From Myxococcota bacterium (GTDB taxonomy: Bacteria > Myxococcota_A > UBA9042): a stretch of 64,000 bases of DNA. The notes under the pieces are model-generated. The model was given only the letters and a program-made list of their open reading frames with translations. It ran no database searches and was not told the DNA's origin. The position numbers and the translations under genes are program-made. Each line of letters starts with the position of its first letter. The first letter of the stretch is position 1. Of the stretch, positions 1 through 9,925 are shown piece after piece. The stretch lies in contig JBMOIG010000003.1 of NCBI GenBank assembly GCA_049317445.1, positions 31,825 to 95,824 on the forward strand, written 5' to 3'.

Positions 1-570
1 CCACGAAGGCCGGCACACCCGCCAGAACCAGCAACACCACCGCCCACGGGGAGAACCCGAGCAGAATCAAGCAGAAGCCGGCCAGCGAGATCGACTGTTG
101 CACCAACCCGAAGACGCGCATCACCAGACCCAGCGGCCGCACGGAGGCTTCGCGGCGTGCACGGGTCAGACGGTCGTAGAATTCGGAGTCCTCGAACTGC
201 GGCAGCGACATCTCGAGCGCTTTCTCGAGGATCATCACGTTGATGCGATTGCCCAGCCGCGCCCGTAGCAACGCCTGGCAGATCGCGATGCCCCGTTGCG
301 AAGCGAGCAGCAGCGCGACGGCGAGGCCCTCCAACGCCACATAGCCCAACGCCTTGGTCGTCTCTGCGGCGCCGTGATCGCGCGAAGCCGCCACCACCGC
401 GTCGATCATCCACTTGCCGATGTAGGCGATGCCCGCGGGCAACAGACCGGCCGCCAGCGTCAGCAGGCTCAGCGCAATCGTCAGGCCCGGAGCCGTCGTC
501 CACACCAAGCGCAAGGCCCTGGGACTGAAGGCAAATGTCGCGAAGAAGCCGTCCGGCAACAGACCCTTGC
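1..570 (-). CDS. ABC transporter permease/ATP-binding protein, N-terminal transmembrane domain (partial, runs off window start)
   Basis: The reverse-strand translation reads ...LLPDGFFATFAFSPRALRLVWTTAPGLTIALSLLTLAAGLLPAGIAYIGKWMIDAVVAASRD...NRINVMILEKALEMSLPQFEDSEFYDRLTRARREAS.... This is the typical N-terminal TM region of MsbA-type ABC exporters. No ATG is present, so the start is probably TTG near 565. The gene is not in the ORF track because it lacks a conventional start. Confidence 0.5.
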
Positions 571-816
571 GCTCCTGCGCGGGCGGGTCGGTGCGGTTGG
601 CGCGGCGCGATCCAGGGATGTGGGAACCATGGGGAGGCAGCGGGAACTCCTTGTCGCGAGGCTCGGGACGCCGGCGGCACCCGGCTACTCAGCAGGCTGG
701 GTAGCGCAACTCGGGCCGCGCGGCAAGCCGGGGGACCGCGTTGCAGGCCGGGACCTTCCGTCGCACACTGGTCGTTGTCCCTGCACCATGCGCCGAACCC
801 CATGCGAGGCACCGCC

Positions 817-1269
817 ATGACCGAGCCCTTTACGCCCCCCGTCGCTGCACCGTTTGCGTCCCCGGAGTCGGAGAAGACGCTGTGGGAGGGCCGCCCCGCC
901 GCGCTGGACTCGCTGGGTCGGTGGACCCTCGCCATCCTGACGGTGGGGCTGGCCGGACTGTGGTGGTGGATCGGCCGGTTGTCGACGAGGGTGCGCGTGA
1001 CCGATCAGCGCGTGATCCTGAAGACCGGCCTGTTCACGCTGCGCACCGAGAACTTTGAGCTTTACCGCGTCACGGACATCACCGTCGTCGAGCCATTCGG
1101 CGAGCGCCTGCTGGGCTTCGGCCGCGTGGTGCTGCTGTCGTCCGACCGGACCGAAGGACATCTGGAGCTGCGTGGTCTGCGCAACGTCGAGCGACTGGCC
1201 GACCAGATCCGCCACGCGATCGAAGTGCAGAAGCAGGCGCGACGGGTCGCCACGCTGGCCGATGCCTGA
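817..1269 (+). CDS. bacterial PH-domain (bPH_2/YdbT-like) membrane protein
   Basis: Taking the internal ATG at 817 gives MTEPFTPP...EKTLWEGRPAALDSLGRWTLAILTVGLAGLWWWIGRLSTRVRVTDQRVILKTGLFTLRTENFELYRVTDITVVEPFGERLLGFGRVVLLS. The TLWEGRP motif plus two TM helices plus a PH-like module matches this family. The upstream part of the 244-aa ORF overlaps the ABC gene and is probably not translated. Confidence 0.5.
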   Translation: MTEPFTPPVAAPFASPESEKTLWEGRPAALDSLGRWTLAILTVGLAGLWWWIGRLSTRVRVTDQRVILKTGLFTLRTENFELYRVTDITVVEPFGERLLGFGRVVLLSSDRTEGHLELRGLRNVERLADQIRHAIEVQKQARRVATLADA

Positions 1270-1272
1270 TCG

Positions 1273-1782
1273 TCAGGCCGCTTTCCGCTTGACCCACAGG
1301 CCCTTGGTGACGTGGGCCACGACCTCCCCGCCCTCGCCCAGCACATCCACCTCGAAGGTCGGCTCGACCTTGCCGTCGGCGTCGACCGCCTCACGGATGC
1401 GGGCCACCTCCTCGGCCGAGATCGCGAAGTGCGCGCGCACCCTGCCCTTTCCCGGCTTGCGAAAAGCGATCTGCGCCGACTTGTCCCACACGACGTACCC
1501 CGGCCCCAGCTGGACGATCAGGATCAGCATGAAGAACGGGTCACACATCGCGTAAAGCGACCCACCGAAGTGCGTGCCGACGAAGTTGCGGTTCAGCGGC
1601 GTCAGCGGCATCTCGACCGTGAACGACGCGCAGTCGGGCGCGACTTGGGTGATACGAATGCCCGCGCCGACGAACGGGGGATACAGGTTCATCGCGCGAA
1701 AGAACCAAGGGCGCAGGCCTGGTCCCAGACGTTCGGCAAGCTGATGCAGGGTCAAGCGACGCTCCGTTGGGCGTTGAGTCAA
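1273..1782 (-). CDS. hotdog-fold thioesterase-like protein (DUF4442/PaaI-like)
   Basis: 169-aa ORF. The segment NFVGTHFGGSLYAMCDPFFMLILI...YVVWDKSAQIAFRKPGKGRVRAHF looks like a hotdog-fold/YiiD_C-like family. Confidence 0.45.
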   Translation of the reverse strand: MTQRPTERRLTLHQLAERLGPGLRPWFFRAMNLYPPFVGAGIRITQVAPDCASFTVEMPLTPLNRNFVGTHFGGSLYAMCDPFFMLILIVQLGPGYVVWDKSAQIAFRKPGKGRVRAHFAISAEEVARIREAVDADGKVEPTFEVDVLGEGGEVVAHVTKGLWVKRKAA

Positions 1783-1788
1783 CGACGG

Positions 1789-4338
1789 CTAGCCGCGGCG
1801 GCGCGACTGACGGGCGACGGCCAGCGCGGCCAGCACCGACTCCAGCTGCGGCCGGATGCGCTCGAGTTGCTTCTGCGCCTCCAGCGCCACCGGGTCGTCG
1901 TCTTCGATCTGGCCCAACAGGTCGTCCAACGACAGCGCGGTAGTCTCCAGCACTTCCCGATAGTCCATGCCTACTTCGAACCAGTAGCCACCGCCGCCGT
2001 TCGCCACCAGCATCAGCCAACCCGGACGTTTTGCCGCGCTGGAACGCATCGGCTTCAGCAGCTCTGGCAGGTGGCGCTGCAGCGTGTGGCCGTTGCGGTC
2101 GACCTCCAACAGCGCACCTTCCGGCACCGTACACTTCACCGGATCGCCCGGCTGCGGCAGGGGCAGAAAGCGCAGCGTCGGCAGCAAGGCGCCCAGCGGC
2201 GTGCCTTGAGCGAACACCAGATCGCCCACTAGAATCCGCGCCTGCCACGCCGCCGCGCCCGCGGGCAGCTCGGCCACGTCGACGCGCGACAGTTCGTCCA
2301 CGGCCTCGAACGGAATGTCGATGCGCGGCCGCCCCTTGCGCCCGTCGACTTCGAGGGTGACGTTGCCCAGCTGCAGGGTGCGGGGGGCGGGCGGCGCGGC
2401 CGGTCCTTCGGCCTTGCGGGTGCGTTCAGCGTCGAGGTGCCAGCGCTCTGCCAGATCCGGCCGCAGCTCGACGACCCAACCCGGCTTGACGACGGATACC
2501 TGGCGCGCGTAAGCCCTTGCGGACACAACCAATTCGACCGCCACCACGAACCGGGGCAGCGCGGCGTAAAGCGAGCTGGAGGGATGCAGCGAGATCTTCT
2601 CTTCGCCCGGCCCCTCGTACCACCGCCCCCGGTTGGCCAGGATCTGGTGCGCGAAGCCTGCCGCCACCGCCCGCGCGATGCCCAGCGGGTCGCCGCCTGA
2701 ACCGTCGGCGATGTCCATGCGCTTGGCGATGTCGCGCAGCTGGCGGTGGGCGTTGTCGATGAACGAGAGCGCGCCCGGGTCCAGAAAGTGCTTGGTGCAG
2801 AAGGCTGCCTTGTCGTCGGCCTGCTGCCAGCCGCGGAAAACCTGCACGGCCGTGACCGCATCTCCCAACGGATGCGCCCACTTGGCGTGCGCGCGGCGGG
2901 CCGGCTCCTCCTGCTCTGGTGGATACAACAGCGGCGAGCGCACCGACAGGAAGGCGGCGACGACCAGCACCTCGTCCACCACGTCCGGGTGCCGATCGGC
3001 GGCCTCGACGACCATGCGGGCCAGCGTGGGACTCAGAGGGAACGGCACCATGCGCTTGCCGACCGGCGTCAGGTGGCGGTCCTGGTCGATCGCCCCCAAG
3101 GCGTGCAGGTGCTGCAGCGCCGAGCGCAGGCGGCTGCTTTGTGGCGGCGTGGGAAACGGGAAGGACTCGACGTCGCGGATGCCCAGATCGATCAACCGCA
3201 GCACGACCTCGGCCAGATCCAGACGCAGGATCTCCTCGTCGGTGAAGCGGTCCCGGCGCTGGAACCACTCGGGGCTGAACAGGCGAATGCACGTTCCTGG
3301 AGCGGTGCGACCGGCCCGGCCCTTGCGCTGCTCGGCGGACGCCTGGCTGATGCCCTCCTCGCGCAGGAACAGCACGCCGGCGGGGCCGATGCGGGGCACC
3401 TTGGCGAGACCCGAGTCGATCACGAATCGGACGTCGTCGATGGTGATCGAGGTCTCGGCGATGTTGGTCGCGAGGATCACCTTGCGCTGCCCGGGGTACT
3501 TGGCGAACACGCGCTCCTGTTCTTCGCGGGTCAGCGCCCCGTACAGCGGCAGCACGACCAGATCGTGCCCCAGTCGGCACTGGGCGATGGCCTGACCGGT
3601 GCGGCGAATCGCGTCCTCTCCCGGCAAAAAGACCAGCACGTGACCAGGGTTACCGGCGCGGTGGATGTTCTGCACCTCAAGAGCGATCGACTCGGCCAGC
3701 TCGTCCGGCCGGTCGCCAAATGGGGGACGCCAGGCGATGTCGACCGGGTGCGGCCGTGCCTGAATCGAGACAACCGGCACCTCGCCCACCGACGACTTGT
3801 AGAACTTGACGAACCGGTCTGGCTGCAAGGTCGCCGAGCTGATGATGACCCGCAAGTCCGGGCGGCGCTGCAGGATCTCGTGCAGCAGGCCCAGAATGAA
3901 GTCGATGTTCAGGCTGCGCTCGTGCGCCTCGTCGATGACCAGCACGCCGTACGCGTCGAAGTCCGGGTCCTTGCGCGCCTCTTGCAGCAGGATGCCGTCT
4001 GTCATGATCTTGATGCGGGTGGCCGAGCTGGTGCGGTCGTCGAAGCGGATCTCGTAGCCCACCTCGGCGCCAAACGGCACGCCCTGCTCTTCGGCGATGC
4101 GCCACGCGACGCTGACGGCGGCGATGCGGCGCGGTTGCGTGACGCCGATCATGCGGTCGGTCAGGCCGGCCCGCAGCAGGATCTGCGGGATCTGCGTGGT
4201 CTTGCCGCAGCCGGTGGGGCCCTCGACGACGACGACCGGGTATTTGCGGATGGCCGCCAGCAGCTCTGCCTCGTGGGCGTAGACGGGAAGGGCGAGGGCG
4301 GCGGCAGACGGAAGCGCGGGCTGGAAGGAAGAAGGCAT
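1789..4338 (-). CDS. hrpB: ATP-dependent RNA helicase HrpB (DEAH-box)
   Basis: 849 aa with the motifs GPTGCGKTTQIPQ, DEAHERSLNIDF, SATL, PGEDAI, TNIAETSITIDDV and QRKGRAGR. Both the length and the HA2-like C-terminus match HrpB. Confidence 0.9.
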   Translation of the reverse strand: MPSSFQPALPSAAALALPVYAHEAELLAAIRKYPVVVVEGPTGCGKTTQIPQILLRAGLTDRMIGVTQPRRIAAVSVAWRIAEEQGVPFGAEVGYEIRFDDRTSSATRIKIMTDGILLQEARKDPDFDAYGVLVIDEAHERSLNIDFILGLLHEILQRRPDLRVIISSATLQPDRFVKFYKSSVGEVPVVSIQARPHPVDIAWRPPFGDRPDELAESIALEVQNIHRAGNPGHVLVFLPGEDAIRRTGQAIAQCRLGHDLVVLPLYGALTREEQERVFAKYPGQRKVILATNIAETSITIDDVRFVIDSGLAKVPRIGPAGVLFLREEGISQASAEQRKGRAGRTAPGTCIRLFSPEWFQRRDRFTDEEILRLDLAEVVLRLIDLGIRDVESFPFPTPPQSSRLRSALQHLHALGAIDQDRHLTPVGKRMVPFPLSPTLARMVVEAADRHPDVVDEVLVVAAFLSVRSPLLYPPEQEEPARRAHAKWAHPLGDAVTAVQVFRGWQQADDKAAFCTKHFLDPGALSFIDNAHRQLRDIAKRMDIADGSGGDPLGIARAVAAGFAHQILANRGRWYEGPGEEKISLHPSSSLYAALPRFVVAVELVVSARAYARQVSVVKPGWVVELRPDLAERWHLDAERTRKAEGPAAPPAPRTLQLGNVTLEVDGRKGRPRIDIPFEAVDELSRVDVAELPAGAAAWQARILVGDLVFAQGTPLGALLPTLRFLPLPQPGDPVKCTVPEGALLEVDRNGHTLQRHLPELLKPMRSSAAKRPGWLMLVANGGGGYWFEVGMDYREVLETTALSLDDLLGQIEDDDPVALEAQKQLERIRPQLESVLAALAVARQSRRRG

Positions 4339-4402
4339 GCGGCGAGTCTAGCAGCGCTTGCGTCGCGTGGCACGTTGTCGGCGGGCGGAACTGCGGGTGC
4401 GG

Positions 4403-6322
4403 TCAGTCGATCCTGCGGGCGCCGTGCGGCGGGACGACGATGCCTTCGACCGTCCACGGCGTTTCGCCGGGGTTGAAGGCCACGCGACGCCCGTCGGCCA
4501 TCCGCCAGATCCGTGGCACCACGTGCGAGCTCTTGCCCTGCAGGTGGTCGACCAACGCACTGGCCAGCGAGGAAGGGGCACCCGAGGGAAAGAAGTCCTC
4601 GGGAAACGCCGGCTTGCCCGTCATCCACAGCGGCACCCGTCCGTCGTCCAGCGCCCAGTCGGCGCGACCCGCGTGTACCTTGCGCAGGTCGTCGGACAGG
4701 AAGCCCGCGCCGCCCGCGGTGGCCACCGTCCACGCCCCAAACCCCACCTCGTCCTGCGTCATCGTGCGCAGGATCGCCGGGTCGGCGTCGCACAAGGTCG
4801 CCTGGCAGAACGGCAATCTTGCGGCAATGCTGCGCAGCTGGTTCGGCAGGAAGGCCCACACCGCGCCGAAGTTCTCGACCGCGATGTCGCCGCCCACGCG
4901 CCAGGCGTCCACGTGGCGCAGGGTCGGCAACGCCGGAGCCCCCACGGCCAGCAGGACCGTATCGGGTCCGGCCGCCTGACGGATCAAGTCCAGCGCACGA
5001 TCATAGGCCTGCGTCCCGGTGACGGCCTGATGCCGCGCCCCTTCGTAGGTTCCCGCGAACAGGAAGTCGATCTTCAGCAAGTCGTACCCCCACCCGACGA
5101 TCTGGGCGATCACGGCTTGCAGGTGCGCCGCGGCGTCCGGGTGGGTGACGTCCAGCACGCGCATCTTGCCGTTCTTCAAGTGCAGGTAGGCGGCACCCTG
5201 TACGAACCAGTCGGGGTGCGCGGCGACCAGCGGGTCCGACTCGGCCACCAGCAGCGGCGCAAGCCATACGCCCATACGGAAGCCCTGCGCTTTCAAGTCT
5301 TTGGCCAGTCCATCCAGACCCGACGGAAACTTCGCGTTCGGCGTCCACGTGCCCCAGCCCTGCTGCCAGCCGTCGTCGACCACGATCCGCAGCGGCGGCG
5401 CGTCCTTGGGCAGCCACGGCGTCAGCCACTGCTTGGCCAGCGCGGCGTTGGCACGCACGTCCTGCTCCGTCACCGCATCCCACAGCTCGTACCACGAGTT
5501 CCAGCCCGCCTCGGCCGCCACTGGATGCGCCCACCGCCGCGAGGTCAGCCGCTTTGCGTACGCCGCCAGTCCTGCTTCTGCCGTGTCGTGCAGGCCGATC
5601 GACCACGGCTCGCTCGCGACCCCGCCCCCTGCGGCAACCGCCACGTGCTCGCCCGCGCCGCCGCACACCAGCCGTACCGTCAGCTGGTCGGGCAGGCTGT
5701 CATCGGTCCGGGCCACCTGGGTCCAGCACTTCCAGGTCTTCGCGTCGGTCACACCGGCCACGAACGTCGGTCCGCCGCCGCCCGCCGCCGTCCAGTGCCA
5801 CGACAGCTCGCGTCCGGACCGAATGACCTCGCCGTCGCCGCGCATCGCCAGGGCGGCGGCAAGCGCGGCGTCGGTGGGCGCAGCGTCCAAGGCCAGCGCG
5901 CCGCTCTGCGACCAAGACTGAAATCCGTTCGAGATCCATGCATTGGCGCCGGTCAGCACCAGATCGCCGGATAGCTCGAGCGCCTCGACGGTCGCGCCTG
6001 CCGCGAGGTCGACCCGAACCTCGAATTCGCCCGCGCGCTCCGGGGCCTCGCGCACGAGCACCGACGCACCTGGACCCGCCGGACACCGGAGCGCCAGCCC
6101 CCCAAGCGCGCAAGCCCCCTGCGCCCCGCCACCCAGCCACGTCCCGCCAAGCCGCACCCGCGGCAGCAGTCGCAACTCCGCATCGGTGTGTCGGATTTGC
6201 AGGCCGCTCGCCGTCAGCTCGACCGACGCGACCGCGGGCTCGTCGTCAGGGGTCGTGCTGCACGCCGAGAGGACCGACAGTGCCGACACGGCGACCGAAA
6301 ACGTCAACGAACCCAAGCGCAT
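4403..6322 (-). CDS. lipoprotein glycoside hydrolase, alpha-galactosidase (melibiase, GH27/36-like)
   Basis: The internal start MRLGSLTFSVAVSALSVLSAC gives a signal peptide with a lipobox. The sequence contains IVVDDGWQQGWGTW, the DLLKIDFL catalytic region and the WNSWY motif typical of melibiase-type alpha-galactosidases. Confidence 0.65.
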   Translation of the reverse strand: MRLGSLTFSVAVSALSVLSACSTTPDDEPAVASVELTASGLQIRHTDAELRLLPRVRLGGTWLGGGAQGACALGGLALRCPAGPGASVLVREAPERAGEFEVRVDLAAGATVEALELSGDLVLTGANAWISNGFQSWSQSGALALDAAPTDAALAAALAMRGDGEVIRSGRELSWHWTAAGGGGPTFVAGVTDAKTWKCWTQVARTDDSLPDQLTVRLVCGGAGEHVAVAAGGGVASEPWSIGLHDTAEAGLAAYAKRLTSRRWAHPVAAEAGWNSWYELWDAVTEQDVRANAALAKQWLTPWLPKDAPPLRIVVDDGWQQGWGTWTPNAKFPSGLDGLAKDLKAQGFRMGVWLAPLLVAESDPLVAAHPDWFVQGAAYLHLKNGKMRVLDVTHPDAAAHLQAVIAQIVGWGYDLLKIDFLFAGTYEGARHQAVTGTQAYDRALDLIRQAAGPDTVLLAVGAPALPTLRHVDAWRVGGDIAVENFGAVWAFLPNQLRSIAARLPFCQATLCDADPAILRTMTQDEVGFGAWTVATAGGAGFLSDDLRKVHAGRADWALDDGRVPLWMTGKPAFPEDFFPSGAPSSLASALVDHLQGKSSHVVPRIWRMADGRRVAFNPGETPWTVEGIVVPPHGARRID

Positions 6323-6323
6323 C

Positions 6324-7016
6324 TCAGCCCCCCAGCAACGCACCCAGCGGCCCCGCAAGTTCCAGATCGGCAAACGCCCACTTCGGCCCGCACGCCTGCA
6401 GCTTGTCGAGAGAAACAAGACCCGTCGCAACCGCCAGCACTTCCGCGCCGATCGCGTGCCCAGCCGTCACGTCGCGCGGCGTGTCGCCGATCACCACGAT
6501 CCGACAGTCCTCGACCGCCCGTCCCAACAAAGCTGCGCCGCGCCGGGCGCCGACGGCCAGCAGCTCGGTGCGGTCCTCGGCATCACAGCCAAACCCGCCA
6601 AACGCAAAGCGATCGTGCAGCCCGACCGGCGCGAGCTTGGCCTGTGCCCCCTGGCGGACGTTGCCGGTACCCAGACCGATGACGCAGCGGGGCAGCCTTG
6701 CCGCGTCGTCCAACGCCGCGACCACACCCCGATGCACGTGGTAGTCGGTGGCGCGCGCGATCGAGCCGGGCAGCAATTCCAGATAGCGATCGAGCACTTG
6801 GTCCATCCGCGCCGCCGTCACCGCCACGCCGATCGCCTGCAGCGCCGTGCGCACGATCAACCGGTCGGTCATACCGCCCAGCGCAAAGCTGTCGCAGGCA
6901 TCGTTGCGGCCCCACAGCTCGCCGAAGGCGGCCGTCATCGCCCGCCGGCCGGCACCGCCGCTGGCCAGCAGGGTGCCGTCGATGTCCCAGAGCAGAACGG
7001 TGGCGGTCGCGGGCAT
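6324..7016 (-). CDS. HAD-family hydrolase (phosphatase)
   Basis: From the internal start, MPATATVLLWDIDGTLL carries HAD motif I (DxDGT), and there is a C-terminal IGDTPRDV motif. The stop lies 2 bp from the alpha-galactosidase start. Confidence 0.7.
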   Translation of the reverse strand: MPATATVLLWDIDGTLLASGGAGRRAMTAAFGELWGRNDACDSFALGGMTDRLIVRTALQAIGVAVTAARMDQVLDRYLELLPGSIARATDYHVHRGVVAALDDAARLPRCVIGLGTGNVRQGAQAKLAPVGLHDRFAFGGFGCDAEDRTELLAVGARRGAALLGRAVEDCRIVVIGDTPRDVTAGHAIGAEVLAVATGLVSLDKLQACGPKWAFADLELAGPLGALLGG

Positions 7017-7136
7017 CGAGGTCCTTGCGGCGGCGAGGCCCAGGCGGGGCATCCGGGCGGCGGAAGCTAGCAATCCTGCGTGGACGCCGCCACTGCCCGC
7101 TTGCGAAAAGCGCCGTCTGGTGGTCCGCTTCCGGCC

Positions 7137-8090
7137 ATGAAGCGCCTACTCTCGCTCGCCGTCCTGGTCACCCTTTCCACCCTTGCATGCAGCGGTCCGC
7201 AGCGGCAGACCGCGGCCACTCCGCCCCCTGCGGCAACGGCTGCCGGTCCTGCAGGGCTTTCAGCGGCCGAACTGGCTGCGCTGCGAGAGGGCGGGGTCGA
7301 TCCGGCGGCAATCCGCTGCAACACACGCAACATGTGGAATCCGGCGCTCAGGCCCGAATCCAAGGCGACCGCCGACAAGATCCTGAGCGACCTGGAGACC
7401 TTGGGCGTCCCCATACCGGCCGACCGCCGCGATGCCGCCAAGCGCGCGATCACCGACGCCGTGCAGTGGCGCACCGTGCTGTCGACCTTGATCGACGGCG
7501 ACTTCCACAACCTGGGCGTCCTCCGAGTCAAAGGGTACTCGACCGCCGACGGCAAGCCGCTGCTGCTGTACCGCACCGGCTTCACGCCGCGCCCAGACGC
7601 GCCCGATGCGTGCTTGGGCAGCCTCGTGCGCACGGGCGGCGTGCGAAACGCGGTCAACCTCTACGCCGGCGCGATGCCAACCGAGGCATTGGAAGCAGCC
7701 GAACGCCAACAGCTTTCGTCGGCGGGCGGCACCTACGTGTCGGCACGAGACGCCGGCTCGACGATCGGCTCGTGGCGCGAAGACCTGCGCGAAGACGCGA
7801 GCCCGGAGGCGAAGCGCGCGGCGATGACCGCAGTTGCCGACATCGTGCACCAGCTGCTGCAGCCGCAGGGAAAGGCCCCGACCGGCAACGTCTGGATTCA
7901 CTGCGGCGGCGGCATGCACCGCACGGGCATGGTGGTGGGCGTGATCGAGCGGTGCCTGAACGGAGCCTCGCCAGAGCAGGTGGCCGCGACCTACGCACGT
8001 CACGTGGCCTGGCGCAGTGACGCCGAACCAGGTGGCTTCGAGGCCGAGAATCTCGCCTTCATCCAAGCATTCGATTGCGGATTGCTGTAG
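7137..8090 (+). CDS. lipoprotein protein-tyrosine/dual-specificity phosphatase-like (CX5R)
   Basis: ATG at 7137 gives MKRLLSLAVLVTLSTLACSG, a lipoprotein signal. The CX5R P-loop is HCGGGMHRTG (HCxxGxxRT). Confidence 0.6.
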   Translation: MKRLLSLAVLVTLSTLACSGPQRQTAATPPPAATAAGPAGLSAAELAALREGGVDPAAIRCNTRNMWNPALRPESKATADKILSDLETLGVPIPADRRDAAKRAITDAVQWRTVLSTLIDGDFHNLGVLRVKGYSTADGKPLLLYRTGFTPRPDAPDACLGSLVRTGGVRNAVNLYAGAMPTEALEAAERQQLSSAGGTYVSARDAGSTIGSWREDLREDASPEAKRAAMTAVADIVHQLLQPQGKAPTGNVWIHCGGGMHRTGMVVGVIERCLNGASPEQVAATYARHVAWRSDAEPGGFEAENLAFIQAFDCGLL

Positions 8091-8124
8091 CGGAGTCGAC
8101 GCGCGTTGCCGAGAGAAGCTCGAC

Positions 8125-9156
8125 CTACTGCGTAATCTTCCCAGCCGCGCGAGTGCTGACACCAGCGCCCCACCAAGCCACGCCGGTCGGCGTCTTCATC
8201 GCGGTGGTCTTGGTCGCCTTGCCGGTGTCGACGTTGAGCTCATACACGTTGCCGTCGCTGCTGAAGCCGTAGAACACGCCGCCCCACCACGCCAGACCAA
8301 ACAGGTTCTTGACGCCGGTGCCGCCGACGAACTGCAGGATCTTGCCGGTCTTGGGGTCGACACGCACCAGCGTGTCCTCGGTGCTGTTCGACTTCTTCAG
8401 GGTCGCGTAGGTGCCGATGCCGTCGACAGAAAACGCGTCGCCGCTCGACAGCCACGTGCCGCCGTAGGTGCCCAGCTTGGTGATCTTGGTGGTGGTGCCC
8501 GTGACATCGATGCGGCACCAGTCGCCCTCGTCTGCGATGCCGACCAGCACGTCTTCGGCGGGGTCGAGCACGCCCTTGGGCACGAACGTCATCGCGTTGA
8601 AGGGGCTGGGCAGCGACGCCTTCCACTTGCACGCGGCCGTCGCGATGTCGCAGGTGAACAGGTGGTCGTGCGTGACGGCAAAGATGATGCCGTACTGGTC
8701 GATCGCCATGTCGGTCATCAAGCCCTCGTTCTTGTCGAACTTGAACTTGCCGACCAGCACGAATGCCTTCTTGTCGGGGTCGAGCTTGTAGAGCGTGTCC
8801 TTGGTGTGCGCAAACAGGTTGCCGACGGGCGCCGTGTAGATGACGTCCGGCGTGTCCTGACCCATGTCGGGCGGGTCCAGCAGGTCGCTCCAGTCGGCAT
8901 CGCCCGTGTCCTCGACGTCCACCGTGGGGCCGAAGTCGATGAGCTGGGTGTCCTCACTGGTGTCGGCGCTGGTGTCCGAAGGCGTCGTGTCCCCCGTCGC
9001 GTCCAGCGTCTCGCCGGGCTGGCTGTCCAAGTAGACGTAGATCGTCTGGGGCGTGCCATCCGAACAGGCGCTGAGCCAGACGGCCGCTGCGAGGCCAAGC
9101 AGAGGAAGGAAGCGAGTGCTGGGGAGCCGAGCGGGGGGGAGTGCGCGAACCGACAT
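8125..9156 (-). CDS. hypothetical lipoprotein with an acidic Asp/Thr-rich N-terminal region
   Basis: 343 aa. The signal plus lipobox ends in WLSACSDG. A low-complexity segment rich in D/T/E/S is followed by a beta-rich domain. No catalytic motif is recognised. Confidence 0.45.
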   Translation of the reverse strand: MSVRALPPARLPSTRFLPLLGLAAAVWLSACSDGTPQTIYVYLDSQPGETLDATGDTTPSDTSADTSEDTQLIDFGPTVDVEDTGDADWSDLLDPPDMGQDTPDVIYTAPVGNLFAHTKDTLYKLDPDKKAFVLVGKFKFDKNEGLMTDMAIDQYGIIFAVTHDHLFTCDIATAACKWKASLPSPFNAMTFVPKGVLDPAEDVLVGIADEGDWCRIDVTGTTTKITKLGTYGGTWLSSGDAFSVDGIGTYATLKKSNSTEDTLVRVDPKTGKILQFVGGTGVKNLFGLAWWGGVFYGFSSDGNVYELNVDTGKATKTTAMKTPTGVAWWGAGVSTRAAGKITQ

Positions 9157-9256
9157 GCTGTGACCTCCAGCCGCGGGCTGTCCGGAACCCGTGGAAGGAG
9201 AAGAAGTCTACTCCGCTTCCCGGCAATCCGCCACGACAAAATGACGCATCGCGTCA

Positions 9257-9280
9257 AAACGACCGAGGGCCTCGGTCGTT
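9257..9280 (-). terminator. putative rho-independent terminator downstream of the 9331..9774 gene
   Basis: On the minus strand the sequence reads aacgaccgagg-c-cctcggtcgtt (about a 9-bp GC-rich stem) followed by TTTTGAC. It lies 50-75 nt after the stop codon. Confidence 0.35.
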
Positions 9281-9330
9281 GCCAACCGAAGCCCCCGATT
9301 TTCTTGCGTCAAATTCGCAAGCCGACCGCG

Positions 9331-9774
9331 TTACGCCTTGCGGCCCGCGAGCTGCTTGGCGCGACGGACGGCACGCAGCTTCGCAGCCTTCTCGGCCTTG
9401 ACGGCGGCGACGGCGGCAGCCTTCTGCCCGTCGACGGCCTGACGGTGCGTGTCCATCAGGCGCCAGGGGCTCAGGCCCTCGAGACGCGCGCGCTCGCCCT
9501 CAGGGGCGCCCTTGGGGAAGCGGACGGCCAGGACGGCCGTGATCGCGCCGTCGCGGGACCCGAAGAGCTCGACCATGCGCGCGGTGGCGCGGTGATGCGA
9601 GATCAGGCGGCTGTTCGAGACCTGATTCAGTGCGCTGCGGCTGCCCTCGGGGGCGTCGCCGATCAGGGCGATGATCTTGTCGACCAGCGCGGCCTTGCTG
9701 CCAAACGCCTTCGCGACCTTCTGCTTGGGGGTGATGGCAGCCTGCTGCTTGGTGCCCTTCTTGCTGTTTGCCAT
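9331..9774 (-). CDS. hypothetical small basic protein
   Basis: The internal start MANSKKGTKQQAAITPKQKV gives 147 aa, Lys/Ala-rich. There is no recognisable domain. The longer 196-aa ORF form is unlikely. Confidence 0.4.
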   Translation of the reverse strand: MANSKKGTKQQAAITPKQKVAKAFGSKAALVDKIIALIGDAPEGSRSALNQVSNSRLISHHRATARMVELFGSRDGAITAVLAVRFPKGAPEGERARLEGLSPWRLMDTHRQAVDGQKAAAVAAVKAEKAAKLRAVRRAKQLAGRKA

Positions 9775-9925
9775 GGTGTCTTCCTCGCATCGCCGGTCAG
9801 GTGGCCTTGGCCTTCTGCCGACGTTCGGTGGCCCGTTCGTGCCCGCCGTGTGCGGTGCCGTTCGAGCCGTGGTTGGGCCGCACATGTCGGCCCGGTAGGG
9901 ACGAAGGGGAACCCTCCCCATCGCC

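Noticed and set aside
296-820. 174-aa plus-strand ORF at the window start
   Set aside because: It is antisense to a clearly ABC-exporter-like TM domain on the minus strand and has a low-complexity Arg-rich translation.
9141-9330. Possible tRNA or ncRNA in the 190-bp gap between two minus-strand genes
   Set aside because: I could not draw a cloverleaf. The only structure found is a GC-rich hairpin plus T-run, consistent with an intrinsic terminator.
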